DNA of 64,000 nt from Verrucomicrobiota bacterium (GTDB taxonomy: Bacteria; Verrucomicrobiota; Verrucomicrobiia; Verrucomicrobiales; DEV007): assembly GCA_045046875.1 (NCBI GenBank), contig JASFYY010000050.1, positions 54,699 through 118,698 of the forward strand, in the 5' to 3' direction. Each line of letters begins with the position of its first letter. The first letter of the stretch is position 1. A program made the translations under genes and the position numbers. Of the stretch, positions 1 through 10,904 are shown one piece after another. The notes under the pieces were generated by a model. That model was not told the origin of the DNA, ran no database searches, and saw only the letters and a list, made by a program, of their open reading frames with translations.

Positions 1-38
1 ATCTGACACGTTTGCAGATCAAGAAGATCTCGGCATAA
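1..38 (+). CDS. rplU: 3' end of 50S ribosomal protein L21 (partial)
   Basis: Frame from position 3 reads LTRLQIKKISA*, typical of an L21 C-terminus; lies directly upstream of rpmA (conserved rplU-rpmA order). Confidence 0.75.
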   Translation, partial: LTRLQIKKISA

Positions 39-105
39 AACGCTTCAAATTTCAGGCGGGTTGCAAAACTTTAGCGCTGAACGCAAATCTTAACTATTTT
101 TAGCA

Positions 106-357
106 ATGGCTCATAAAAAAGGACAGGGAAGTATTAAAAACGGTCGCGACAGTAACGCGAAGCGCCGTGGGGTGAAAAAATTTGGCAGCGAAAAAGTGAT
201 CGCCGGCAACATCATCATTCGTCAATGTGGCACCAAATGGCAGCCCGGTGTGAATGTGGGTCTGGGAAAAGATTATACGATTTTTTCACTGGTGGACGGA
301 GTGGTTCGTTTTGACCGCAACGGTCGACGGGTGAACGTTGATGCGGTGGAAGCGTAA
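106..357 (+). CDS. rpmA: 50S ribosomal protein L27
   Basis: [16 protein letters not shown]...[11 protein letters not shown] signature. Confidence 0.98.
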   Translation: MAHKKGQGSIKNGRDSNAKRRGVKKFGSEKVIAGNIIIRQCGTKWQPGVNVGLGKDYTIFSLVDGVVRFDRNGRRVNVDAVEA

Positions 358-393
358 GTTTTTATCTCTATGGTCTTTTGACCGCAAAGATTT

Positions 394-422
394 ACAGCAG
401 GCTTTAGCTTGCTGTTTTTTTG
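394..422 (+). terminator. Intrinsic terminator after rpmA
   Basis: acagcaggc-ttta-gcttgctgt hairpin followed by a T run. Confidence 0.8.
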
Positions 423-501
423 TGCCTTGGGAATAAGGCTGATAAAATTTATTCTAGTATTCTAGCTTTGCGAAATCGTTGAGCTTGTGAAAGTGTGACT
501 G

Positions 502-954
502 ATGTTTAATGTTGTTTTGATCGAACCGGAGATCCCGCCGAATACCGGTAATATCGGTCGTTTGTGTATGGCTGCGGGCGCACGGTTACACTTGGTCGGG
601 CCGCTCGGATTTTCCCTCGACGACCGTTCACTGAAACGTGCGGGGTTGGATTACTGGCCTGAACTCGATTTATCCCAGTGGCAATGTTTTGAAGAGCTGC
701 AAACTGCTGCGGATGATTCGGCGGCTTTTTATTTCTTAACAACCAAGTCGGATAAGGCTTACTGGGAGGTGGATTTTAACGATAACGATTATATTGTTTT
801 TGGCCCTGAAACCCGGGGGTTGCCGCAGTCTTTACTGGAGGAATACGAATCCAACGCATTAACGATTCCGCAAAAAAAAGGCCGCAGTTTAAATTTGGCC
901 ACTTCAGTTGGCATTGTTCTTTACGAGTCCGTTAGGCAGCTGAGCAGCTCTTAA
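502..954 (+). CDS. trmL: tRNA (cytidine/uridine-34 2'-O)-methyltransferase, SPOUT family
   Basis: PEIPPNTGNIGRLC, LKRAGLDYW, FGPETRGL and RSLNLA motifs. Confidence 0.93.
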   Translation: MFNVVLIEPEIPPNTGNIGRLCMAAGARLHLVGPLGFSLDDRSLKRAGLDYWPELDLSQWQCFEELQTAADDSAAFYFLTTKSDKAYWEVDFNDNDYIVFGPETRGLPQSLLEEYESNALTIPQKKGRSLNLATSVGIVLYESVRQLSSS

Positions 955-1344
955 TGATCCGATTTGGGCATTAGGTCCTTGAGTCGTATTTAGTTAAGAA
1001 TGATTTTTACACTTGCCAAGTGTGATTTTTTTCTGTAACAACGATTTCTATAGACCGCACTATTATTCTGACAAAATCAAAAACAAATACCGAGAAGTTA
1101 ATTCTCAGGAAAAATCCTAGTTCACAGGTTAATGTTTCTGGGCGATATAGCGGCGACGGGTGTGTTGGAGGGGGCGGGGGAGATTCTCAAATTGTGATTG
1201 GATCCGCTAGGGCTAACGATGATCTGGTCGGGTGTTTCACATGTTGTGAGCATGCGTGGAATGATAAAATTTTAGTGTGAAAAGATATATAGAATTTAAC
1301 TGATCCCCAACAACAAGGCCCTTTGTGGCGAAAACAAAGCAACT

Positions 1345-1773
1345 ATGAAGAAAAAGACAGCAAGGAAAAAGGCAGCTCCGAAAAGGAAAGCCGTAAAGAG
1401 ATCCGCAGCTCCTAAAAAGAAAGCAGCTAAAAAGAAAGCAGCTCCTAAAAGGAAAGTGGTGAAGAAAAAAGCAGCTAAGAAAAAAGCAGCTAAGAAGAAG
1501 GCGGCTCCTAAAAAGAAAGCTGTGAAGAAAAAAGCAGCCAAGAAAAAAGTAGCTCCTAAAAAGAAAGCAGCAAAAAAGAAGGCAGCTAAGAAAAAGGCGG
1601 CTCCTAAAAGGAAAGTTGTGAAAAAAAAGGTGGCTAAGAAAAAAGCAGCGCCTAAGAAGAAGGCGGCAAAAAAGAAAGCCGCCCCTAAGAGGAAAGCAGT
1701 GAAAAAAAAGGCAGCTAAGAAAAAAGCAGCGCCGAAGAAGAAGGCGGCTAAAAAGAAAGCTCGTAAACGTTAG
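1345..1773 (+). CDS. Histone H1-like (Hc2/AlgP-type) Lys/Ala-rich nucleoid protein
   Basis: 142 aa made almost entirely of KKKAA, KKAAPK and KRKAV repeats encoded by varied codons; followed by a strong terminator. Confidence 0.8.
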   Translation: MKKKTARKKAAPKRKAVKRSAAPKKKAAKKKAAPKRKVVKKKAAKKKAAKKKAAPKKKAVKKKAAKKKVAPKKKAAKKKAAKKKAAPKRKVVKKKVAKKKAAPKKKAAKKKAAPKRKAVKKKAAKKKAAPKKKAAKKKARKR

Positions 1774-1796
1774 ATCGAATTAATTAACTCGATTAT

Positions 1797-1835
1797 AACC
1801 CGGAACTGACGAGAGAGTCGGTTCCGGGTTTTTTT
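1797..1835 (+). terminator. Intrinsic terminator after the histone-like gene
   Basis: aacccggaactgac-gagaga-gtcggttccgggtt hairpin plus T run. Confidence 0.9.
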
Positions 1836-1914
1836 GTCAGTTGATCTAATTTACAAGGTTACTCTCGGAGCACTTGTTTTACCGAGCTTGAAAAATTTTA
1901 AAAGCTGTTAATGA

Positions 1915-3282
<1,368 letters not shown>

Positions 3283-3325
3283 CTTGTATCAGGTCAGTCG
3301 GTAAAAAAACAGAGGCAACAAAAAA

Positions 3326-3616
3326 TTATTTATTGTCTTTTTTGGAGTGAAACATGGCGAGCATACGGTCGGTGACCATGTAGCCGCCTACAACATTGAT
3401 TGTAGCCAATACCAGGGCGATGAAGCCGAGGATGACGCCCATTTTCCCATCGGGGTCAGTTGCTCCGGAGGCAATGATCGCACCTACAATGGTGATGCCC
3501 GAGATGGCATTAGAGCCTGACATCAGCGGGGTGTGTAGCTGTGAGGGGACTTTCTGGATCAGTTCGAAGCCGAGGAAGGCGGCGAGCACAAAGATAAAGA
3601 GGAGGAGCATTAACAT
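3326..3616 (-). CDS. pntA2: NAD(P) transhydrogenase alpha subunit part 2 (membrane)
   Basis: LHTPLMSGSNAISG and NVVGGYMVTDRML motifs. Confidence 0.95.
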   Translation of the reverse strand: MLMLLLFIFVLAAFLGFELIQKVPSQLHTPLMSGSNAISGITIVGAIIASGATDPDGKMGVILGFIALVLATINVVGGYMVTDRMLAMFHSKKDNK

Positions 3617-3656
3617 GATGAGAAGATGTCAGGAATTAAAATGAAGCGGTAAGCGG

Positions 3657-4781
3657 TTAAGAAGTGAAACGTTCGTGGACGATTTTTCCCCCGTGAGTGA
3701 TGACGCAACCTTTGAGCAGTTCGTCTTCGAGGTCGATGGGGAAAGTTTTGCTCTCTTCGTCGAGAAAGTGTTCCACCATGTTAGTGATGTTTGAGGAATA
3801 GACCTGGGTTGCGTTTTGTGGAACCAAACCCTCATAATTGGTCAGTCCGATCAGGGTGACGCCTTTGTCGGTGGTAACTTCTTCGCCGGCGACTACTCCT
3901 TCGACATTGCCGCCGCCTTCAGCAGCGAGGTCAATGATCAGGCTGCCGTTTTGCATTTGGGCTACGACATCTTTTTTGATCAGCACTGGTGGTTTGCGGC
4001 CGAAAACTTTGGCGGTGGTGATCACCACATCGGACTGGGCGCAGACCTTGGCTTGCGCTTCGATCTGGATTTTGATCTGTTCAGGAGTCATCTCCTTGGC
4101 GTAACCGCCTTCACTTTTGGTTTCACCGAGGTCGATGCGCAGGGCTTTTGCGCCCAGGGACTCGGCTTGTTCGAGGGCTTCTGGCCTGACGTCAAAGGCG
4201 GTGACCCGTGCTCCGAGGCGTTTGGCGGTGGCGATCGCTTGCAGTCCGGCTACGCCGATGCCGAGGATGAAAAATTTGGCCGGAGAGATGGTGCCTGCTG
4301 GGGTCATCATCATTGGCAGGATGGTTTTCATGCGGCTGGCGGCGAGAATGACAGAGGCGTAGCCTGCCAAGTTGGCCTGCGAACTCAGGGCGTCCATTTT
4401 TTGGGCCAAGGTGGTGCGCGGAAGCATTTCCAGACTGATGGCAGTGGCATCGGCTTTGGCAAACGCTTTAATCAGGCTGGATTCATTAAAAGGGTCGAGG
4501 AAGCTGATGTGGATGGCGCCTTTTTTGAGTTTGGCGATTTCATCTGCCGGAGGTTTGCGTACCCGGACGACGATGTCGGCGTCCGCCAGAGATGTTTTGC
4601 GATCGCTGGAGATTTCTGCTCCAGCTTCACGGTAATCTTCGTCTCTATGCCCGGAGGAGTCTCCTAGGCCTGATTCTATGATCACCGTAACTCCAAGGGT
4701 AGAGAGTTTCTTTGTGCCGACGGGGTCCAAGGCGGCTCGGGTTTCGTCGGGGTCCGTTTCTTTTGGCGCGAAGATTTTCAT
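3657..4781 (-). CDS. pntA1: NAD(P) transhydrogenase alpha subunit part 1 (soluble dI)
   Basis: PKE...ETRAAL, AQKMDALSSQANLAGY, GIGVAGLQAIATAKRLGA; start reassigned to the ATG at 4781 (MKIFAPKE). Confidence 0.95.
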   Translation of the reverse strand: MKIFAPKETDPDETRAALDPVGTKKLSTLGVTVIIESGLGDSSGHRDEDYREAGAEISSDRKTSLADADIVVRVRKPPADEIAKLKKGAIHISFLDPFNESSLIKAFAKADATAISLEMLPRTTLAQKMDALSSQANLAGYASVILAASRMKTILPMMMTPAGTISPAKFFILGIGVAGLQAIATAKRLGARVTAFDVRPEALEQAESLGAKALRIDLGETKSEGGYAKEMTPEQIKIQIEAQAKVCAQSDVVITTAKVFGRKPPVLIKKDVVAQMQNGSLIIDLAAEGGGNVEGVVAGEEVTTDKGVTLIGLTNYEGLVPQNATQVYSSNITNMVEHFLDEESKTFPIDLEDELLKGCVITHGGKIVHERFTS

Positions 4782-4877
4782 GAAATAAGGAGCACTGATC
4801 GTCTCAGAGGAAAGTAACCTATCAAGCTCAGGCAAAGTGTCGAACGGAATTTTTTGTCTATGCTGGTATTTGCTACA

Positions 4878-5699
4878 TCAACGAGATTTGTTTTCCTCGC
4901 GGTTGACGTTGCTAGGGAAGGACTGGGTGTAAGCCTGGTCTTTTGGACTGAGGGTTTTTATCTCTACTTGCCACTTTTCACCTGCGGCGGATTTCAGAGT
5001 GACGGACGTTCCATTGCGTTGCACAAACTGGGCGAAAAATTTCTGACCTTTGTGGTTTTTCCACTCTCGGTAACCTCTGGTTTTCAGCATTTTTCTTTTT
5101 AGGGAAATTTCAACAAGCTGGGCGTCGGTTACGGCTTTGAGGTTTTTGAAATAATCGACTGGACGCCCACTGTGGTAACCAGTGATCTGGTTGATCACAT
5201 GCCCGTTGGGGTCGAAAAAAAGTAGGACTGGCAGTCCGCTGACTTTGAATTTTTCTTTTAGTTTGCGTAGGGCATCAGGAATTTCTAGTGGATCCCGTGG
5301 GTAGTCGAGGTAACAAAGGACCAGATTTTTTTTGGCGTAGCTGTTGAAGGTTTTGGATGAGATCACTTCGGAGCTGAGATCTTGGCAGATGGTATTCCAC
5401 TGCGCGGTGAAAAGCAGCAGCATCGGTTTTTGTTTGGCTTTGGCGATGGAGAAAGCTTTGTGGGGATTGCGTTCCCATACCGCTGCATTGGGATCTGTGG
5501 GGATGTTGGGTTGAAGAGGGATTTTGTCAGGGATGACCCCTGAACGTTTGATCAAGCCATTGGCATCGGGCACTGGGGTAGCTACGATGGGCTGGCGGGT
5601 TTCCTGGGCTTGAAGCAGGGCTTGGGGCGACATCGGGCCGGTCACCGATAAAAAGGAAAGCAGGACAAGGAACTGGCAATGGCGGTTGGAAAAATGCAC
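4878..5699 (-). CDS. Exported thioredoxin-fold protein with C-terminal SHD1-like domain
   Basis: Signal-like N-terminus; KPMLLLFTAQWNTIC and F.VSGLP.LL thioredoxin-like motifs; REW...G.KF.A.F...V.L...G...V.I..LS..DQAY SHD1 pattern. Confidence 0.7.
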   Translation of the reverse strand: MHFSNRHCQFLVLLSFLSVTGPMSPQALLQAQETRQPIVATPVPDANGLIKRSGVIPDKIPLQPNIPTDPNAAVWERNPHKAFSIAKAKQKPMLLLFTAQWNTICQDLSSEVISSKTFNSYAKKNLVLCYLDYPRDPLEIPDALRKLKEKFKVSGLPVLLFFDPNGHVINQITGYHSGRPVDYFKNLKAVTDAQLVEISLKRKMLKTRGYREWKNHKGQKFFAQFVQRNGTSVTLKSAAGEKWQVEIKTLSPKDQAYTQSFPSNVNREENKSR

Positions 5700-5841
5700 G
5701 GATGAAAAATATAAACAAGCAGAGATTGAACTTAACTTGGATCCTGTAGGAAATGGGGGGGAATGATACTTGGAGAGGGGCTTGAATTAATGCTGAAGAG
5801 GATGTGTATTGGGGATTGTAGCAGCTCATCGAATAAGCGAT

Positions 5842-7392
5842 ATGAAAACCACCCTCAGTCTCCTTTTTTTCCTTGTCTTCATTTGTCCCCGGTTATGGGC
5901 GCTAGAGAAAAGTTTCCCAAATATTATTTATATCCTGGCTGATGATTTTGGTTACGGGGATGCAAGTTGTTATAACCCTGAATCAAAAATAATCACACCT
6001 CACATCGATCGTCTGGCTAAAGCTGGCATGCGTTTCACTGATGCCCACACACCTTCGTCGGTGTGTTCGCCAACACGTTATGGCATTTTGACCGGACGTT
6101 ATTGTTGGCGCACCAGATTAAAAGAGCGGGTGCTGGATGGTTTTGATCCGCCTTTGATCGAACCCGATCAGGTCACGGTGGCTTCTTTTTTGAAAAAACA
6201 GGGATACGCTACGGCAGCTGTGGGTAAATGGCATCTGGGCATGAACTGGACGGACAAAAAAGGCGTGGAGGTGCCGTGGATCCCTACTGCAGAGAAAAAG
6301 CGTCCAAGGAACGGTTTTGATGTGGATTATACCGTGAAGATCAAAGGTGGCCCGATCGCAGTCGGCTTTGATTATTATTTTGGTATATCGGCGTCGCTGA
6401 ACATGTCGCCATTTTGTTATTTGAAGAATGATCGTGCTTTGCATCTGCCGGTTTGGCAGCAAAAACGCATCAGCACGGATTTTGTCTCAGTGGATGAGGG
6501 CATGCGCTCACCGGACTTTACTATTACCGGGGTGATGCCGCGGCTCACCGGTGAAGCGATTGCAGTGATTGAAAATCACGCGACAGAAAAGTCGACGCAG
6601 CCTTTGTTCCTTTACGCTCCCCTGACCTCACCGCATTTGCCCTTGGCGCCGAATGTGGAATATCGCGGCAGTAGTCAGGCGGGAGAATATGGGGATTTTG
6701 TGGTTGAGACGGATGCGTTTGTCGGGGCGATTATGGATGCGCTGGAACGCACGGGGATGGCTGATGATACCCTGGTGGTGTTCACCTCTGATAACGGCGG
6801 TTTGTATCATTGGTGGCAAGCGAAGGAAGCGGATGACTTGAAACATTATCGAGTGAACAAGCGGGGGCAATATGTGAAGGACCGCGGGCATCAAGGCAAT
6901 GCTCACTTACGTGGCACCAAAGCGGATATATGGGAAGGCGGGCACCGGGTTCCCTTCATCGTGCGCTGGCCGGGTAAAACTCCGGCGGGTTCGACTAGCG
7001 ACGAACTGATCGAATTGACGGATTTACTGGCCACCTGTGCGGCGATCACTGGCGTGGAGTTGCCGCAGGGGGCGGGTCCAGATAGTCGTAATATATTGCA
7101 AGCTTTGTTGGGGAGGGAAGGCGCTGAACCGCTGAGGGATTATGCCGTCCATCATTCCCTGTGGGGGATGTTTGCAATTCGTAAGGGGGATTGGAAATTG
7201 ATCGAGCACCGGGGTTCGGGTGGATTCACTCGTCCACGGAAAATTAATCCGGCAAAAGAAGGGGGGCCTGCCGGGCAGTTATATAACTTGAAGGATGATC
7301 CCGCCGAGACAAAAAACCTTTGGGATGAAAAGCCGCAAGTGGTGAAGCGGTTGTTGAAGCTGCTGAAAGAAGTGAAAGCCGACGATGCTTGA
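5842..7392 (+). CDS. Arylsulfatase (S1, formylglycine-dependent)
   Basis: Signal peptide, PNIIYILADD, CSPTR, GKWHLG, SDNG, WEGGHRVP; start taken at MKTTLS. Confidence 0.95.
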   Translation: MKTTLSLLFFLVFICPRLWALEKSFPNIIYILADDFGYGDASCYNPESKIITPHIDRLAKAGMRFTDAHTPSSVCSPTRYGILTGRYCWRTRLKERVLDGFDPPLIEPDQVTVASFLKKQGYATAAVGKWHLGMNWTDKKGVEVPWIPTAEKKRPRNGFDVDYTVKIKGGPIAVGFDYYFGISASLNMSPFCYLKNDRALHLPVWQQKRISTDFVSVDEGMRSPDFTITGVMPRLTGEAIAVIENHATEKSTQPLFLYAPLTSPHLPLAPNVEYRGSSQAGEYGDFVVETDAFVGAIMDALERTGMADDTLVVFTSDNGGLYHWWQAKEADDLKHYRVNKRGQYVKDRGHQGNAHLRGTKADIWEGGHRVPFIVRWPGKTPAGSTSDELIELTDLLATCAAITGVELPQGAGPDSRNILQALLGREGAEPLRDYAVHHSLWGMFAIRKGDWKLIEHRGSGGFTRPRKINPAKEGGPAGQLYNLKDDPAETKNLWDEKPQVVKRLLKLLKEVKADDA

Positions 7393-8056
7393 AAATGTGA
7401 TGCAGATTCGCTGCCCGATGGTGTGCTGTTATGCTATTCGGGTGAATGAATGTGTCTATCTCATTGATACGGGGTTTGTTGGAGGAGTGAAGGCGATCGA
7501 GCGAGCCTTGGACCAGGGTGGTTGGAGCGGTTTGCCGGTGAAAGGTATCATCCTGACTCATGGGCATCTCGATCATACGTTGAATGCCGCATCGCTTGCA
7601 GAGCGGCATCAGGCGTGGGTGGCGGCTCCAGCAGCCGATCGCTTATTATTGAATGGGGATTTTCGGGTGACTGGACTTGGATGGGTAGGAGGTGCGATGC
7701 AGCAGATGGGTGCAGTTTTTTTGCATTATAGAAAGACTGAAGATATTACTTGGTTCGAAGAAGATACTCCAGAAGTGTTTCCTGATGGTCTCAGTTTTGT
7801 GAAATTGCCGGGACACACGGCGGGACATTCGGGATTTCTTTTTGGTCGTTATTTGTTTTGCGGAGATGTGTTTGCCAGTTTTGGGGCGGCGACTCATTTG
7901 TCGCCTGGGATTTTCAACGAAGACACCGAATTGGCGAAAAAGAGTTTGCTCGAAGTGGCAAAAATGGATATTGACGGAGTGTTCCCTCATCATTGTGATA
8001 GAGCTCCCCCGGAAATACATCTTGAGAGGTTGAGAGGGATTGCCGCTAAAATTTAA
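7385..8056 (+). CDS. MBL-fold metallo-hydrolase
   Basis: LIDTG, THGHLDH, PGHTAGH and GD motifs; overlaps the sulfatase stop. Confidence 0.88.
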   Translation: MLENVMQIRCPMVCCYAIRVNECVYLIDTGFVGGVKAIERALDQGGWSGLPVKGIILTHGHLDHTLNAASLAERHQAWVAAPAADRLLLNGDFRVTGLGWVGGAMQQMGAVFLHYRKTEDITWFEEDTPEVFPDGLSFVKLPGHTAGHSGFLFGRYLFCGDVFASFGAATHLSPGIFNEDTELAKKSLLEVAKMDIDGVFPHHCDRAPPEIHLERLRGIAAKI

Positions 8057-8199
8057 GCATGGAAAATTGGTCACTACGGAAAATATATTTTAAGGGGAGG
8101 ATCCCTATGCAAAATAGTTCTTGTGTGAGGCGGATGTCGTTGTATTATGGGGGAAGGGAATATTAGGGGGAGTCGAAGCGCTAGAGGAAGGGATCAGTT

Positions 8200-9258
8200 A
8201 TGAGGAAGATACGGGAATTTTTATTGGGGCCGGAGGGGCAGACGAATTATTATCATGTGGTGAGCCGGACGACGGGGAGGGATATCTTGTTTGAGGATGA
8301 TGAGAAGGAAACTTTCCGCATTTTGATGCTCAAGCAGTTGAAATTCAGTGGGCTGCGGGCGTTGGCTTGGTGTTTTATGGGCAACCACTTTCATTTGTTG
8401 TTGGAGGTGCCGGATAGGGAGTTGGCGACAGCGGGGTGGAAGGATGAGGATTATATCAAGCGGCTGGAGGTGTTTAAAAGTGAGTGGTCGAGTAAGTTGG
8501 TGTTGGATGAGGTGGAGATGTTTAGGGGAAATGGGGCGGATGAAAAGGTGAGCGAGATTGCGGAATCGGTGAAAGCGCGGTTGTTTGATCTGTCGATGTT
8601 TATGAAGGAGTTGAAGCTGAAAATGACATTGGCTTACAACCGGAAACATGGACGAGTGGGGACTTTGTGGGAGGGACCGTTTAAGAGTGTCTTACTACAG
8701 GGGCCGAGTTGTGAAGGTGGGGAGAGCAGTGATGCGCTGCGGATGGTGGCGGCTTATATTGATCTGAATCCGGTTCGTGCGGGATTGGCGCAGGAGCCGG
8801 AGGGTTATCGCTGGTGCTCGTATGCGGCAGCGGTGGCTGGGGTGCGAGGCGCACGTCAGGGTTTGTGTTTTGCGGTGACTGGTCGGAGTCGAGTGGCGTG
8901 GAGGAAGGTGGCGCAGGAGTATCGTTGTTTGCTGTATGCAAAAGGGGAGACGGTGAAAGCGAGTGAAACCGTGGATGGTTACAACAAAGGCAAGGATGGT
9001 TTCAGCCGGGCGGAGATTAAGGATGTGTTGGAATCGGGTGGGCGCTTGCCAGTGGCGGAGGCTTTGCGCTGTCGGGTGAGGTATTTTACTGATGGAGCGG
9101 TGTTGGGCAGCCAGAGGTATGTGGATGATTTTTTTGAGAGCAAGAGGGAGTGTTTTGGTGCGCGACGTAAGGACGGCGGGCGTAAGATGCGCGGGGCGCA
9201 GTGGGGGGATTTGCGGGTATTGCGGGATTTAAAAGTGGATGTGATAAGAGGGGCGTAA
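8200..9258 (+). mobile_element. HUH/Y1 tyrosine transposase, RAYT/IS200-like, with long C-terminal extension
   Basis: YYHVVSR, MGNHFHLL (HUH), GTLWEGPFKS, AAYIDLNPVRAG (catalytic Tyr), YRWCSY, RVRYFTDGAVLGS. Confidence 0.88.
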
Positions 9259-9421
9259 CAAGTGGTTGTCCGGCTAAATACGAGATGTGATGGCGTAATT
9301 TGATATCTAAACCTGTGGTCGATTTTGTTGAAATTCCGCCGACTTTAATTGACTTTAGGGGCAAGTTCTTATAAACGGTAACAGCCCTTTTTCTGTACCA
9401 ATTCAGGGCTGGATTGATGAG

Positions 9422-9955
9422 ATGGGATACCGCGTTTTTATATTTGTATTATTGCTGATCACTTGGGTGGTGCTTTCAGGCCAGTTTGACGCTTTCCATT
9501 TGATCCTGGGCTTGATTTCATGTGCTTTGGTGACGTGGATGTCGTCGGATTTGTTGTTTCGCACCCGAGAGGATCCGGTGATGCAGCGGGTGCAGGAGGG
9601 CTGGAAGTTGGCATGGTATTTTTTGTGGATGTTGTGGCAGATTTTTCTGGCGAATATCGCAATTTTGAAGCTGGCGCTGTCACCAAGCGCTTTACAGCAG
9701 GTTAATCCGAGCATTGTGCATTTTAAAACCAAGCTGAAGTCAGATTTTGCCAAGTTTTTGCTAGCTAATTCGATCACTTTGACCCCGGGTACGGTGACGA
9801 TCAAAATCAGCGGTGATGACTTTTACGTGCATGCGATTAATGAGGAGGCAGCGGCGGGTTTGGACGGGGAAATGGAGCAGCGTATCGCGTGTATTTACCG
9901 GGCGGAGAGTGCTGCGTCCAGCAGAGAATCCAGTGGAGAGGAGGATTCCCAATGA
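9422..9955 (+). CDS. mrpE: Mrp Na+/H+ antiporter subunit E
   Basis: LANSITLTPGTVT and VHAI motifs. Confidence 0.93.
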   Translation: MGYRVFIFVLLLITWVVLSGQFDAFHLILGLISCALVTWMSSDLLFRTREDPVMQRVQEGWKLAWYFLWMLWQIFLANIAILKLALSPSALQQVNPSIVHFKTKLKSDFAKFLLANSITLTPGTVTIKISGDDFYVHAINEEAAAGLDGEMEQRIACIYRAESAASSRESSGEEDSQ

Positions 9956-10263
9956 ACACCTTTTTTGTTTGGTCGGGCATTGCATTGTTGCTGATGATGG
10001 TGCCGATTTTTTATCGCATGCACATCGGCCCGACAGCGATTGACCGGATTTTAGCGGTTAATGTGATTGGCACTAAAACAGCAGTTTTGCTGGTTTTCAT
10101 CGGAACGATTTTCCCCGGGGGGCGAATTGAAATGTTCGTCGATTTCGCCTTGGCTTACGGCTTGTTGAATTTTATTGGATCGTTGGCAGCAGCGAGATAT
10201 TTCCATCGTTCCAAGGCGGTGGTTGGTGAAATTGATGTGGAGGGAGAAGCTGAGGAGTCCTGA
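9952..10263 (+). CDS. mrpF: Mrp antiporter subunit F
   Basis: GPTAIDRILAVN and D.AL.YGLLNFIG; ATG at 9952 overlaps the mrpE stop. Confidence 0.92.
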   Translation: MNTFFVWSGIALLLMMVPIFYRMHIGPTAIDRILAVNVIGTKTAVLLVFIGTIFPGGRIEMFVDFALAYGLLNFIGSLAAARYFHRSKAVVGEIDVEGEAEES

Positions 10264-10266
10264 CAA

Positions 10267-10647
10267 ATGAGTATCATTATTAACATCATCAGTATCGTTT
10301 TCATCCTAGCCGGCCTGGTGTTTTTCTTTGGCTCGGTGGTGGGGGTGGTGCGCTTTCCGGACTTTTACACCCGCATGCATGCTGCGGGCAAGGGGGACAC
10401 CTTGTCAAGTTTGTTGGTGGTCATGGGGTTTGCGGTGTATCACCTGGGTCAGATTCACTGGACGGATTTTGCTTGGGCTGATTTGTTGGTGGTGATCAAG
10501 TTGCTCGCTATTTGTGCTTTCATCATGCTGACTTCGCCAACCGCGACCCATGCCTTGATGGATGCGGGTTATGAGGACGGCATCGAGCCGCTGTTGCGGA
10601 AAAAGGGCAATGCTTTACAGGATAAGGAGATAGGAGATAGGAGATAG
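10267..10647 (+). CDS. mrpG: Mrp antiporter subunit G
   Basis: RFPDFYTRMHAAGKGDTL and LTSPTATHAL. Confidence 0.93.
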   Translation: MSIIINIISIVFILAGLVFFFGSVVGVVRFPDFYTRMHAAGKGDTLSSLLVVMGFAVYHLGQIHWTDFAWADLLVVIKLLAICAFIMLTSPTATHALMDAGYEDGIEPLLRKKGNALQDKEIGDRR

Positions 10648-10654
10648 TTTTTAC

Positions 10655-10900
10655 ATGATCTGGCAGTTCGACATTATCATTCTTATTTTCCTGGTGATCA
10701 CGGCGGTGATTTCTTTACGGGTGAAGGATTTGTTAGCGGCTTCGATGGTCTTTGGCACCTATAGTTTTTTGATCTGTCTTTTATGGGCGGGTATGGGGGC
10801 GGTGGATGTGGCTTTTACTGAGGCGACGGTTGGCGCGGGCATCAGTGCGGTTATTTTGATCGCTACGGTTTACAATACCAGGAGGGATTCATCGGATTAA
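10655..10900 (+). CDS. DUF4040 / MbhD-like small Mrp subunit (MrpA C-terminal homologue)
   Basis: GAVDVAFTEATVGAG motif; three TM helices. Confidence 0.85.
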   Translation: MIWQFDIIILIFLVITAVISLRVKDLLAASMVFGTYSFLICLLWAGMGAVDVAFTEATVGAGISAVILIATVYNTRRDSSD

Positions 10901-10904
10901 GAAT

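Noticed and set aside
1296..1541. Phe/Ala/Leu-rich minus-strand ORF
   Set aside because: Antisense shadow of the Lys/Ala repeat gene; the terminator orientation supports the + strand gene.
1345..1773. Histone-like protein as the substrate of the HDAC/GNAT pair (a bacterial chromatin system)
   Set aside because: The genes are about 16 kb apart with no linkage; bacterial HDAC-family enzymes commonly act on metabolic enzymes or small molecules. No sequence support.
3816..4667. Long antisense ORFs (also 2749..3375, 36650..37732, 38640..39329, 50876..51634, 61361..62242)
   Set aside because: They overlap well-supported genes on the other strand and show no motifs; expected from codon bias.
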